DNA from: Okamejei kenojei | Taxonomy: Eukaryota | DNA length: 64,000 nucleotides | Direction of reading: 5' to 3' | NCBI GenBank assembly: GCA_035221665.1 | Contig: CM069153.1 | Location: forward strand, 30,504,001 to 30,568,000 | Shown: one piece after another, positions 13,231-26,095 of the stretch | Numbering within the stretch: the first letter of the stretch is position 1 | How the letters are laid out: the number at the start of each line of letters is the position of its first letter | Notes under the pieces: generated by a model | The model's input: only the letters and a program-made list of their open reading frames with translations | Told to the model about the DNA's origin: nothing | The model's database searches: none | Position numbers and translations under genes: made by a program

Positions 13231-14328
13231 CTCGAAGTTATATTGTTAATTTCACACATTTTTTACCTCTGAACTTAGTATTATAGATGAATGATAGATG
13301 ATATAGAATTATAGATGAGTTGTCATTACATTAGGGGGACAATTTGCAGAAAGACCCCACAATCTGGAAGTAACAACATTCATCTGTTGGTGGGGAGAAA
13401 ATGTGTTTATCGATGCAGGAAATACCAGAAAATTTAATGTACTAATGGATTCCAATGTCTGCAGTTACATTGTTTGCTTACAATACCTTTACTGATAAAT
13501 TGAGAATGATGGCGAGTTGAAAACAGTTTGCAAGGCAGTCACTATCATTAAAAAACAATTATCCCCTGTGATTGGCCTGCAATTACATGCTCCAACTCCT
13601 TCCAGCCCCATATATCTTTATGAAAGTAGATGACAGGAACCTGCTGCAACCTGCAAATGCAACACTGGTATCTCTCATTGCAATATCAAGGACTCCGTAC
13701 TGTCACACTGCATGATAAATAAACATGTTCTCTCTTATTTAGTGACAGTTAAACATGTTGCTGGTACATCCATGCATCTTCCAGACATTCACATACATGT
13801 GTGTGAAGAACACCAATCAAGACCTAGCTAGTTGTCACTGACAACCTTCCCCTTTAAGTGGTTGCATTTCTACAACAGTGACTTATTTTATGCCAAATCT
13901 TAGATGGTTTGCTAACGCAGTATTTTTAAAGAAGTAGTGAGCAGAAAAGTAAAATTACAAATCAAGCAAAATGCTTCTGTCACAACATGGAACTTGGTTA
14001 GCCATCCTTTACAACCCCTCACTGATGGCTGACTTCTATACAGCTCTCCGTGAATGAACATAAATTAGTGGATTCTTGTTGCTCCTAATATCACAATTAG
14101 TGAAGGACAGTCCATCTGTAGTAGTCTAACATTCAGTCCATTTAACTTAATTTTAAATAGTTAATCTTTTTGATAACTGGATTCCTATTCTGCTGTCTAA
14201 TCTATACAGCCTACAGGTCATCCTATGAGCTTCCGTGCTCCTGCTGTATGCACAGCCCTGTGTTGTGCATAAGGATTTGGGGGGGGGGCGGTCGAATTGG
14301 GCAGCATGTGACCGTTCCTGGCACTCAC

Positions 14329-14406
14329 TGGATAACATGATGTCCAGTGTGTGAATCCTATCCAGAACACCACCGCCCTGGCCGCTGGCAGTGCCCTTTG
14401 TAAAAC
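14329..14406 (-). other. Candidate 78-nt exon
   Basis: ttttacggactag| ... |gtgagt in non-repeat DNA; open in two frames. Confidence 0.3.
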
Positions 14407-15458
14407 CTAGTCCGTAAAATCATTTAGCAAGAACATTATTAGCCAAATACATTTTTAAATTTCAGCTTTATTATTAAGAATGGCAAGATAGGATTCAAGA
14501 GGGATAAAAGGAACTGCCGATGCTGAACAAAACACAAAATGCTGGAGGAACTCAAAGATCAAACAAAGTGTTACGAAAGTTAAAGATCGATTGGGGGAAG
14601 AACAGAGGCTGTTTTCAAAGCTTATGCAAACCTAAAGCTGAGTTCAATAGAAATGGTAAATGTCGAGCATTTGAAATGTATTGGAGCAAATATTAATTTA
14701 GAAAAGCATCACTTTATACAAAATATGATAGCAGGTACAGATCAATGTGATCTCCTCAAATGATTTCAATTACCTGAGAACAATGGGGAGGAATTTGTGA
14801 ATTATTGAAGGATTGATAATAGGAAGGTGGGTGCAAGTGCTTGTAGATTGAACGATAATCATGGTTCATCATGTTTCAAGGTTGTGTGGGGCAAGCTAAA
14901 TGGGCCAGCTGGCTTATACATGCATTTTTATATTATCTGTTTATAAAATATACATGATGCTTGGTATATAAACTGATCCACAATACCTGACAAAGCAATA
15001 CTTAAAATATGCAATTTAGTTATTATGTCAAATATATTATGAATGTAATAAAAAATGTACATGGCTTAGGATCAGTACATTTTATTTATTATTAGGGTGT
15101 TAGCATTGTGCGAAAGACCAGGATTTATTACCTATCCATAATCTTCGTGCACCGAGGCGATATTCTTTCCTTGAGCACATGGAATGCAGATCACATTCAC
15201 AGGCATTGCAGTGGTCAGGTAACTTTATTTTTGGATTAAAATAAAATAAATGGCATTCCAAATGTTCTGATTTGCAGAGTTCTGAGCGCTGCGATGGATA
15301 TCTGTCAACGGCAGTGGACCGGCTGACACTTCCATCAATAACACTAAACATTTACAAAATTCCTGCTACTCGCTGCCATGAAAATACACAAATTACAATG
15401 AAACAGTCACAAAATTCTCAGTCATTCCAAAAGCCAAAGACACCCTTAATGATACCTT

Positions 15459-15620
15459 GTGTAGAAGGGAACTGCAGGTGCTGGTATATATCGAAGATAG
15501 ACACAAAGTGCAGGAGTAATTCAGTCCGAAGATTTGTCCCGACCCGAAACGTCAACCGTCCTTTTTCTCCAGAGATGGAGCCTGACCCACTGAGTTACCC
15601 CAGCCCTTTGTGCCTATCCC
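15459..15620. mobile_element. Head-to-head Penelope pLTR unit
   Basis: GAACTGCAGGTGCTGG..ACACAAAGTG followed by CCCGACCCGAAACGTC..GAGTTACCCCAGC. Confidence 0.7.
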
Positions 15621-15927
15621 TTTGTAACATCTTTTTTCAAAGACATCATCACACTGACAGAATGTAACAAAAGCACCTCATCAGAAAACACATTCAAAGT
15701 CATGGATTTTCGGACAATGTCACGTGAAAGTCACAAGTTAAGAAGTTACTTTTGAAGTTACCATGAAAATATACCGAACGTGATCTTTCACTTCACAAAA
15801 TTCTGCAGATCCATGAAGGTGTATTCCCGACTACAGCGTGACCTATCTGCATGATCTCAACAGGTAACGTAAACTTTTACCTGATTCTTAACTTTTGAGT
15901 AAAAAAAATTCAAATAGGAATTTACAT

Positions 15928-16447
15928 ACAACATAGAACAGTACAAGACAAGTTCAGGCCCTTTGGCCCAAAATGTCTGTGTCGAGCATGATGGCAAGAC
16001 TCTCTCTTATCTACCTGCACTTAAACCATATCATCCATTCCCTGCGCCTATCCAAAAGTCTCTTAAATGCCACTATCGTATCTACCTCAACCACCAACTC
16101 TGACAGCATGGTCCAGGCACTTACCACCCCTGTGTAAAAAAAAAAGGTGCCCCGCACATCTCCTTTAAACGTTGACCCTCTCACCATGAAGCTCTGGTAT
16201 TTGAATTTTCCATCCTGTGAAAAAGATTCTAACTGTCTACCCTATCTTTGCCTCTCATTATTGTAAACACTTCCGTCAGATCTCCCTGCAACCTCTAGTG
16301 TTTCAGAGAAAACAATCCAAGCACATCCAACCTCTCCCTGTAGCTAAACCTCCCTAATCCAGGCTTCAATCCAGTAAACCAACCCTGCACCCTTTCCAAA
16401 GCCCTCATAACCTTTCCGGAATAGAGACCAGAATGGCACACAATACT
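15928..16447 (-). mobile_element. CR1 3' portion
   Basis: Reverse complement of CR1 C-terminal coding sequence and 3' UTR. Confidence 0.8.
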
Positions 16448-16650
16448 GGAGTAACTCAGTGGGTCAGGCAGCATCTCTGGAGAACATGGATATGTGATGT
16501 TTCTGATCAGGGCCCTTCATCAGATTCAGTGTCTGAAGAAGGGTCCCGATCCGAAATGTCACCTATCCATGTTCCCCGGATATGTTGCCTATCATCCTGA
16601 GTTGCTCCTACACTTTGTATCTTTTTAAAAAATAAACCAGCATCTGCAGA
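16445..16650. mobile_element. Head-to-head Penelope pLTR hairpin with two hammerhead-like cores
   Basis: Minus core (CTGATGAAGGG) and plus core (CTGAAGAAGGGTCCCGATCCGAAATGTC) sit back to back. Confidence 0.8.
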
Positions 16651-17439
16651 TTCTGAGCAGAACTGAAGATGAGAAAAAAACATCCCACAGGAACCCATCG
16701 CGTTATTAAGGTTTCAATTAGAAATAAGGTTTTGCCTTGTAGAAGATCATGGCGAAAACTGATTTATAGGAATGCAATCCTCCCACAAGGCTGGGTTCCC
16801 CTGTACAGTTTGCCAGGAGTTTAGCATAAGGAAGGCACTTCAGAAGTTTGTTGGAAACAGCCAAAGGTGGATAATGATGAGAAGACAGGGAAGGTCTGGG
16901 GGACAGAGGGGTCGGCGAGAAAACAAAAGTGATAAAATACAATATACCTACAAGACAAAGGAGGATATGGACAGAGACAATGTGGGTTCAAACACACAAC
17001 TATTTAAATGTAGATGTGCAGTAATCATTCAAAGTCAAGATAATTCTGAGATTTATCATTGCATAAAAGATTTAAAATATTGATTAAATGTTCATCATTA
17101 TTTATGTACCATAAATCATGAGGTACCTCATGTACCACTTAAATAAAAATGCAAGACTGTAGACTGGTTCGATTGTTAAAAGCCAGTGATAGAGAAACAG
17201 AGTTATGTGGAATGGCTTCAGATAGTGAAGCAAGGCATACTAAGAGCAAAGTTAGAGCAAGTTAGAATTATGAAATGTTCAAAGGGGGAGTCAAATTAAA
17301 ATAATCTCCAGCTGTCAGGTTGGAAGAAATGTCTCCACAGAGTTGTTGGCGAACAACTCACTTGGCCACAGAGAATAGTTGGTTTGAGTCACCAAACACT
17401 TGAATTTAAACATGTATGTGTAACAGTGAGATACAATGG

Positions 17440-17738
17440 AGTGGCACAGTGGTGCAGCTGCTACCTCACAGCACCAGAGTTTTGGGTTTGATTCTGACCA
17501 TGGGTACTGACTGTGTGGAGTTTGCATGCTCTCTCTGTGACTGCGTTGGATTCCGCCAACATCTCAAAGACATGTGGGTGGATAGGTTAATTGGTCTCTG
17601 TAAATTGCCTCTGATGTCTGGGGAGTGGAAGCGAAAGTGGGGTAATATAGAATAAGTGTGAACAGATAGTCGATGGTCAGCATGGACACAGTGGGCCGAA
17701 GGGTCTGTTTCCAAGCTGTATTTCTAAACTAAACTAAA
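17440..17738 (+). mobile_element. HE1-like V-SINE
   Basis: A/B-box-like head, V domain, (TAAAC)n tail. Confidence 0.85.
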
Positions 17739-18299
17739 ATGCTGTGAGGTTGCAACAGCGATGAAGAAAAGTTGTGAGCTGCACTCAGAAACAAACGGGA
17801 AAAACACCATAGGACAACTGACATCATTCTATAAAGCTCCAAGGTTACACATTGATGGGAAGAACAAAGCAGCATCCACAACTAATACTCCATGGGAGAT
17901 GCTGGATAAAGGCTACTGGAGGAGGGGAGGGGGGAAGAATACGCAACAGGTAGATCAATGATTCCTTTATTTTCATTCCTGTATTGGGTTTAACATTTCC
18001 AAGGATTAGCAACATAAATATGAAGATCTAAGTTAGGCACAGTTCTTGGCTGGCCACACTAGATATAGTCTTGCTGTATGCCTGCTAACCTGGCTGTGAG
18101 TCAACATTTGTACAGCATGCATTCTGGCACTGTGTCCCCTCATTCAATTAGTTGACCTCCAAAGCTTTTGGTTGAGTTATTGCTGCATCAACGGATAGCT
18201 TTCTCACCAGCTGCCAGACTGAACTGCAGGCTTCCATCTGCACAGGGATCTAATGCAGAATTTAGGAAGTGCTTATTTTAACACGTTCATAACGTCATA

Positions 18300-18725
18300 A
18301 AACCATAAGATATAAAAGCAGAATTAGGCTATTTGGCCCATTGAATCTGCTCCATTGGCCCATTCAATTGTGGCTGGTCTATTCTTCTCTCTCAACCCCA
18401 TTCTCCTGCCTTTTCCCCATAACCTTTGGTGGCCTTTATTAATCAAGAACCTATCAATCTCTGCTTCAAAAATAATGACTTGGCCTTCACAGCTGTTTAT
18501 GGCAATGACTATAATTCCACAGATTCACTAACTAAAGAAATTCCTCATCGTCTCCATTCTAAAGGTATGTCTTTTATGTTGAATCAATGCCCTCTAGTCA
18601 TAGACTCTCCCAATAGTGGAAACATCCTCTCCACATCCATTCTATCTAGGACTTTCCTTATTTGGTTAGTTTCAATGAGATATCCCTTCATCCTTCTAAA
18701 CTCCAATGAGTACAGGCCCAGAGCC
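18300..18725 (-). mobile_element. CR1 3' portion
   Basis: Reverse complement similar to 36880-37255. Confidence 0.8.
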
Positions 18726-19014
18726 CAAATTGGTTTGAATCTTGAGATGCAAGTTTTTTCACCAAATTATCCATATCCTACATAGCAAAATATTTAAATG
18801 CAACTTCCCAATTAGCAGTTTTTGAAACTTGGTATCATTTGATTACCACGTAAAAGATGGACCAATAACATGAGACTAACATTACTGACAGAGTTGCACT
18901 GTTAAAGATGCAGATAAATCTTTCCTTGTTCATTTCCGATTAGATCAATAATGATGATTTTGTTTCCGTTTGACCATCTGAGAGGTACACTTCCTCCCTC
19001 ACTCAGGTATCAGA

Positions 19015-19260
19015 GTGGCGCAGCAGTAGAGTTGCTGCCTCACAGTGCCAAACACCCAGGTTTGATTCCAAGTATGGCTGCTGCCTGTATGGAGTTTGTA
19101 TGTTTTCCCCACCACCACCCCCTACTTTCATTCTGAAGAAGGGTCCCGACCCGAAACATCATATATTCTTTTTCTCCAGAGAAGCTGCCAAATCCACTCA
19201 GTTACTCCAGCACTTTGTGTCTATCTTTGGTGGAAACCAGCATATGCAGTTCTTTGTTTC
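19015..19260 (+). mobile_element. HE1 SINE 5' part (19015-19110) joined to a Penelope pLTR/hammerhead unit (19130-19260)
   Basis: GTGGCGCAGCAGTAGAG head, then CTGAAGAAGGGTCCCGACCCGAAAC. Confidence 0.75.
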
Positions 19261-19399
19261 TACTATTTTGGGGACAATGACTGATTCTTGATCCATCCTT
19301 TCAGGCAGCAAATCTATGATCAGAATTTCTCTCATAAAATATTTTTCCTCAGAACCCCTTTGTAACTTTTGCCAAAAGATTAAACGAGTTCCTCAACTG

Positions 19400-19780
19400 A
19401 TTAAATTATTCAATCAACACAAATCCTCTATTTACCCAATCAAAATCTTACTCGCTGGTTAATTCCCTCATAACCTTCTTTGTTCCACCGAAAACTCCTG
19501 CAGTGTCTCCAGTCTAAGCTGGGCTTAGAATCGATCCATTGAATCTTCTCTATATCCTCCCTCAAGCCTTTGCATCTTTCTAAACATTGAGAGACCAGAA
19601 CTGGGACAGCTGAGGTCTAACCAGTATTTCATAGAGGTTCAACATATCTTCATATTGCCTCAATTTATGAATCCCAAGATCCCTTCTGATTTACTAACCA
19701 CTCTCTCAACATGCACTGCCTCTTTCAAAGATTAATACGCATATTCACTCAAATCTTTCAGATCCTGCATAGCCTGGATA
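19400..19780 (-). mobile_element. Old CR1 fragment
   Basis: Degenerate reverse-complement match to the LVRPQL..QFWS region. Confidence 0.5.
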
Positions 19781-20429
19781 ATTTACTGCAGCTAATCTTA
19801 TGCCAAATCAATGGGGAGAATAATATGTTTCTCCCTTTTTACTACAACACATAAAAACATCTGATTTTTCTTGGAATTAGAATTCTGCTTTTCTTAGTTG
19901 TCACCATAATCTAGTCTCTCTACGTAATGAAACATCATATTGTCTGTCTTAGCTCTTGGGTGGATTATATACCTGCTGATTTATGAATCGTGCAAAAGGA
20001 AATCCTTCATTTAAAGTCTGCACTCCAATCTTCTTACTAGTGGTCACCCCTATGGTGGAAAAAAATGAGAATGTCCCTTCTTGAATGTCCCTTCTAATCC
20101 CAGAAACATTTTAGCTGCATGCATAAATGAATAATAAAATAACAGCTTAACTAAACTTAGATTAAATTTATTCAAGGAAAATGCTGCTCAAATGCCTGTG
20201 TAGCTTTATAGTAATGAAAAATGCTAAACATTTCCTCCAGGTTTAATGCAAGTTTGATAACCAATTGACTGGGAAGCATTATTTTACAGTGGCAGGAACA
20301 TTATACTGAGCAAAATGGAATTGCTGCGTTTCCTTAAGGCTACATGTTGTCAATAGTTTTGAAATGAATGGTGTATTCTCTCACCGCAAATCAACATTCG
20401 TTTGGCAGGTCAATTAAGTATTTGTTGAT

Positions 20430-20523
20430 GGTACACAAAAGGCTGGAGAAACTCAGCGGGTGCAGCAGCATCTAAGGAGCGAAGGAGATAGGCGACGTTT
20501 CGGGTCGAGACCCTTCTTCAGAC
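20430..20523 (-). mobile_element. Young ~95-nt hammerhead-bearing Penelope mini-unit
   Basis: Reverse complement GTCTGAAGAAGGGTCTCGACCCGAAACGTCGCC...GTGTACC. Flanks TTTGTTGAT / TTTGCTGAT. Confidence 0.9.
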
Positions 20524-20939
20524 TTTGCTGATTATGTGGAACCACGTGTTTTTAGATGTTCTTCAAGTGTGACATTTCTTTTGAAGCAGCAACTCACATT
20601 TACATGCAAAGGTAAACACAAAGCACATATTCACTGTAAATCACCTAACTAACTATAATTGTTGAGCCAAAGAAAAAGTTATCAGGATGGCTAGTTTTGG
20701 AATGAAGCTTTAAAAGCTGTCAGAAAAATAGAGGTCTTAGAAAGGAGTTCTCACACTAAGAGTGAAGACCTCAAAGGTGGAGACCAGATCACCAAAACCG
20801 GAGAATCTGTGCTCAAAATGATCTGGAGGTCGCTATAAACATTGGAGAGCACAAGACCATGGAATAGATTGGACCCAACTTTTTAGGATCGAAAATGAAG
20901 CCGTTGGAAGTCAACAAAAGTTAGGAATACAAACATACT

Positions 20940-21040
20940 CACCAAAGTGGGACAGTAAAAAAACTGCCAACATTACTGATGAACTACCTGAAGTTCCTGG
21001 ATGCTGGATGATGGTAAACCCTCCAAGTGCTCTGTGAGGG
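20940..21040 (-). mobile_element. Ancient L2-like 3' coding fragment
   Basis: Minus-strand translation LEGLPSSSIQELQVV resembles the L2 GLP..LQL.QN motif. Confidence 0.4.
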
Positions 21041-21269
21041 ATCAGGGGATGCAAAAGGCAAAGGTGAAGATGGAGAACCTGTGGAGGTAGGGCCAAATAC
21101 AATTGGGAAGGGAGGGGTGGTAATTTTGCCTTTACATGGTTGCATAGAATGTATAACAGCTAACTAGCTGGCCACTTTACGGATATCCTGATACATTTCT
21201 GCCAGTGTGGCACTCAACAGCATTGAAGCCTGGAATTCAGCAATAACACAGCAGTAATACAAACATAAA

Positions 21270-21500
21270 AATACATGGAAAAGCTCAGCTGGTCCGGCAG
21301 CATCTGAGGGAAGTAGGGCAGAATTAAGGTTTCAATTCAAAGATGATTTGTCAGAACAAGGAAAGAGGGTCTGGAGGAGGGTCCCAACCTAGAAACTTTA
21401 TCTATCCATACCTAAATATAGTTGGTCTGGCAGCATCTGAGGAAAGAAAGGCAGAGTTAAGGTTTCAGTTTGATGATGATTCATCAGAATATGGAAAGGG
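21270..21500 (-). repeat. Two tandem ~133-bp-period copies of an old Penelope pLTR-like unit
   Basis: GGCAGCATCTGAGG..TTAAGGTTTCA..GATGATT..TCAGAA occurs twice. Confidence 0.6.
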
Positions 21501-21741
21501 TGCAGTGTAATACAGTGCAGCAGTTTGGAAAAAGTGAAGGTGAGTCCTGCTGTTACTGAAATCCTTATTCAAGTCCCTGGATGGTAGGAAGGAGCCTTGT
21601 AAATGTACTGGTGCTGCATCTTAGACTGTCGCATGGGCAGGTGTTGTCAAAAACAGTGATATGTGGAGATAATATAACAGGCCAGTGACTCAAAATGGAA
21701 CAGTCCCTTCCGAGCGCTGAAGAAAGAGAGGAGAAGACCCA

Positions 21742-21850
21742 AGGGCGGCACAGTGACAGAGCTGCTGCGTTGCAAAACCAGAGACCCAGGTTCAATCCTG
21801 ACTATGGGTGCAGTCTGTGTGGAGTTTGTCCATTCTCCCTGTGACCGTGT
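21742..21850 (+). mobile_element. HE1 SINE 5' fragment
   Basis: GGGCGGCACAGTG head and GGTTCAATCC B-box. Confidence 0.8.
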
Positions 21851-22260
21851 GGTGATGTCAGGATTTACAGTGCTCCAGAGGGACAGAATGTAATGGAGAA
21901 TATGGAATTTTATGTTCCTAATCGGAACACAATATTCTTTACTTTCTCCTACTTTAAAAAGAATGGAATGCATGCAGAGTATTCTCTGCCATTTAAGATG
22001 AAGTAAAAATGAATGAAAAACATTGTGTGGAATAATAAACATTATTCTCCGTGTATTTTTCATGTTTGGAAGTATAACCCCAAAAATCCTTTTGTTTAAA
22101 ATGAAAGAGAGCTTCCAAATTATTTTGACAAATGCTTTGTTGTACACACGCGCGGACACACACTATATCAGCCAGAGAATTTAATGCATGGGATGAGAGG
22201 TGAGGGGAAAATAATCCAGTGAAAAACTTCAGAATACGAGAAATTGGTTCTTTTACTCAC

Positions 22261-22278
22261 TTGACAAATGGGTTTCTC
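22261..22278 (-). other. Candidate 18-nt microexon
   Basis: tgctttcctgctccctgtttaaag|GAGAAACCCATTTGTCAA|gtgagt: consensus donor, pyrimidine tract with UGC motifs, frame-preserving length. Confidence 0.4.
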
Positions 22279-22561
22279 CTTTAAACAGGGAGCAGGAAAG
22301 CATCAAACTGCAGATGAGTTTTTTTATTGGGGTCCTCACATCCAGTAAAACATGCTAAAGCAGCAGGCACAGGGAGATAACAGTGAACATCAATCACAGA
22401 AGCAGGAAGCTCAAAGGACTCAAGGCAGAGTGAAGAGAACATTACTGTGAAGCTCTTTAGAGAGTAGAAAGATACATGGCAAGGTCTAACATCAAAAAGT
22501 ACACATGCAACTAATACAGTGAAGGGGATAATGACTGCAGAACCATGCGCTAATGGCCGCA

Positions 22562-22860
22562 GTGGCGGCACAGTGGTGTAGTAGGTAGAGCAGCTGCCTT
22601 ACAGCACCAGAGGCACAGGTTCGATCCTGACCTCGCCTGCCTGTGACCGCGTGGGTTTCCTCTGGGTGCTCCGGTTTTCATTCGCATCATAAAGATGTGT
22701 GGGTTTGTAGGTTAATTGGCCACTGTAAATTGCCTCAAGTGTGTAGGGAGTGGATGCAAAAGTGGGATAACATAGAACTATAGAGCTAGTGTGAATTGGT
22801 GATGGATGGTCTGTGTGGACTCAGTGAGCAGAAGGGCCTGTTTCCATGCTGTATCTCTAC
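22562..22860 (+). mobile_element. HE1-like V-SINE
   Basis: GGTTCGATCC B-box, V domain, CR1-like tail. Confidence 0.85.
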
Positions 22861-23097
22861 ATCTCATGTACTAAGGATAGGGATCTTAGAAAAAACTGAG
22901 CTGGCTGTGGGTCCTGATTGTGAAGATACAGACCAATGCTTTGCCAAGATGTGAATCCTCCGGGTTTGATGTTAAGTAGCAGATATGAAACTCAATCGAA
23001 CCAAGATCAGAAACTCATAGTAGCTGCGTAGAACCAAAATGGACAATTTCGTTTTGCACTCTCATCAAGGTTGAGAAAGTACCACGAATAAATAAAA

Positions 23098-23229
23098 AGT
23101 CTGAAGAAGGGTTTCAGCCCGAAACGTTGCCTATTTCCTTCACTCCATAGATGCTCCCTCACCCGCTGAGTTTCTCCAGCATTTTTGTCTACCTTCAATT
23201 TTCCAGCATCTGCAGTTCTTTCTTAAACA
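23098..23229 (+). mobile_element. Penelope pLTR unit starting at the hammerhead core
   Basis: AGTCTGAAGAAGGGTTTCAGCCCGAAACGTT... Confidence 0.85.
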
Positions 23230-23345
23230 AATAAATGGAGGTGTGTCAGCATCAGACCTCAAAGCACAAAATTCAGACCACCTCAGGTCATGTGGTGAGA
23301 TCTACTGTTCTATATAGGTTCCATCTGCGATACACTTCAGGTAAG

Positions 23346-23562
23346 TTAACAAAGTGTTGGAGTAACTCAGTGGGTCAGACAGCATCTATAGAGGAATGCA
23401 CTGACGTCACTTTGGGTCATTTCATCCCTCCAATATGAAGGGATCCAGTCTGAAGAAGTGTCTTGGCCTGAAACTTTATCTGTCCATTTCCTCCACAGAT
23501 GCTGCCTGACCTGCTGAGCTCCTCCAACACTGTGTTTCTTGCTCAAGATTCCAGCATCTGCA
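23346..23562. mobile_element. Head-to-head Penelope pLTR hairpin unit
   Basis: Inverted pLTR halves. Confidence 0.7.
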
Positions 23563-24299
23563 TTTTTTTCATGAGCCTCTGTAAGTAAAGTGGAAGATGC
23601 ATACTATGATCCAGAATTTGGAAAATGATAGGGAAACAATTCAATATGAATACCCACATTAAAGTTTGGAAAGAATTTACAATGAGATTACACTCTCTTA
23701 TTTAAACTCAATCTGAAGTTGATGGCGGAAACTATTATAGAACATCTTGACAAAGTTCTGTTGGTGCATCTGAAATGCAAAAATTAGTTTAAATTGTTGA
23801 TGAAAATAATTAAAATAATAAGTTCCTTTAAATCATTGTGAGGAACTATCACAGCTACAATGGAAGATACAGCGCACAGATACAACACAGCGAATCAGAG
23901 ACAAACATTGGTCTTCAACATGCAACACAAGGGATGAAAGCTGAAAGTTGATGGGTACAGCAATGCATTTTGTTAATGTTTACGCACTTACTAAAAGTAC
24001 TTCACAATTATCACAATTCATCCAGAACTCTACATGAATCCCAACAGATTTTAAAATGAACTGCACACAACCATAGTCAGAAATAAAAGCCTGTTAGACT
24101 CTACATTTCGTACATGTTCTGATATAACATGGGATCACAAAAGTAAATGCTTAAATATTGGCCAGAATTTGTCATCAGCAGCAGGGCTTAACTCAGAACT
24201 TTGATAAAGTTTCCTCAAAGAGTCCAAGAAATATTCGTTACTCGTACTCGTTTTTTTCTACTCAAGATGTCAATATTTTATTGATATTCAACTGTGGAA

Positions 24300-24510
24300 C
24301 CAATCATAGATGATAGAGCTGTACACACAGAAACAGGCCCTTTGGCCCATCTTGTCCATGCAAAATCATTGGACAGTATGTCCAGGTTGGCATACTGGGC
24401 AAGTATGTCTAGCCATTTTCCTGCATTTGGGCCATACTACTCTAAACTCTTCCTATCCATATACATGTCCAAATATATTTTTAAAAGTTGTAAGTGTATC
24501 CTCATTAAAG
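24300..24510 (-). mobile_element. CR1 3' tail fragment
   Basis: GAAACAGGCCCTTTGGCCCA motif is the reverse complement of the CR1 tail. Confidence 0.7.
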
Positions 24511-25229
24511 AATTTCTAGGCAGCATGCAAGGAAATTAAAAGCATATTTTGAAATTAAAATTTACACAAGGCAATTGCAATACATGTTAAATTCTGGTTT
24601 TAGTTTCAGATAGTTTGCGAAATGCTAATTATGGGTTGTCATTTAAAATACTCTAGACATGAACATAACAAAAAGTACTATCATCCAGATAATTTTAAAG
24701 CAGGATTAGCTTGTAAATAATTTCATGTCATTTCAAGTGTCCTTCCTCGATTCCACCTCAGAAAATTGCCAACAGATGAAAGATGAAGGCTGAATTACAG
24801 AGAGCATCGCTGGGATTCCAGGTGACATTACACACACGTAAACATCCTGGCTGCATCCTGTGCACAGTATAATCATCCATCATATTGAATGTTGTCAACT
24901 CACCATGAACTGATGATTTCCAGCATAAGGTATTAAAGAAATGTGTGCGAATACATTCAGCTTGTCCTTCCAGAATTCTGACTTTTGACTGTCTCTTTGG
25001 AGTGCAAAATGTTTACATCATTTCATGATTCCAAGATAAAAATTAGGAAATGATTGGGCTCAGAATATAACATCGGCTGTGGATGTTACATGGATCTTTT
25101 TTATTAAGGACAGAATGACTGTGGATTACAGTGATCGCAGTATTAACAGAGTGAGATTCATTGTTAAATTGGCATTAATCAAGGTTGATGATTGCCATGC
25201 TGTAGATGACGGAGATGGATTTTATGTAG

Positions 25230-25437
25230 ACACAAAGGACTACATATGCTGGAAACGTCAGCAAAACACACTGCTAGAAGAACTCAGTGGGTCAGGCAGC
25301 ATCTGTAGAGACTGTGCATGTTGGAATCTTGAGCAGAAAAAACTAACGTGGAGGAACTGAAGGATCCTGACTCAAAACCTCATCTGTCCATTTCTCTCCA
25401 CGGATGCTGCCTGACCCGCTGAGTTCCTCCCACAGAT
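25230..25437. mobile_element. Composite Penelope pLTR unit
   Basis: Two minus-strand parts and one plus-strand part. Confidence 0.65.
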
Positions 25438-25619
25438 TTTATGCAGATTCAGTAGTTCACTGTTCTCTCGCTGTATTTTTCTTCCAGATTTACCCAACTC
25501 ATTTATTTTTAAATTGCTAAAAGTTATTTTCAAAAGTCTGCCCTGAGTAAAAAGACTTTAATAACAAACAAGTGATTGGTGGGAGTGAGGATGCGCACAC
25601 TAGCCTGTCTCCAGTTCAT

Positions 25620-25742
25620 TAGAGTCAGAGCTATATAGCACGGAAACAGGCCCTTGGGCCCAACTTATCCATGACAACCAAAATGCACTCATCCACGCTA
25701 CTCTCACCTGCATTTGGCCCATATCCCTCTAAATCTTTGCTG
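25620..25742 (-). mobile_element. CR1 3' tail fragment
   Basis: CACGGAAACAGGCCCTT motif. Confidence 0.7.
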
Positions 25743-25796
25743 TTCACTGGCTGAGACAACAGTTGAGTGACACATCTTTAAAATGTACCATTTCGA

Positions 25797-26095
25797 ATGA
25801 AGGAATAGGTGAAGTTTCGGGTCGAGACCCTTCTTCAGACTGAGAGTCAGGGGAAAGGGAAAGAGCGATATCGACAGTGATGTAGAGAGATATAGAACAA
25901 ATAAATGAAAGAAATGCAAAAAGGTAACAATCATAAAGGAAACAGGCAATTGTTAGCTGTGTGTTAGGAGAGAACCAGTTACAGACTATGAAACTCATAT
26001 TCCTTCGCTCCATAGATGCTGCCTCACCCGCTGGGTTTCTCCAGCATTTTTGTCTACCTTCGATTTTTCCAGCATCTGCAGTTCTTTCTTAAACA
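25797..26095. mobile_element. Penelope pLTR with 5' inversion
   Basis: Minus-strand hammerhead core at about 25810-25841 plus its upstream UTR, then a plus-strand pLTR tail. Confidence 0.8.

Noticed and set aside
17440-17510. tRNA-like sequences (also 21742, 22562, 56590)
   Set aside because: They are SINE heads continuing into the V domain, not tRNA genes.
20943-21035. Apparent minus-strand exon with strong splice sites
   Set aside because: Its translation fits an old L2 fragment, which shows such sites arise by chance here.
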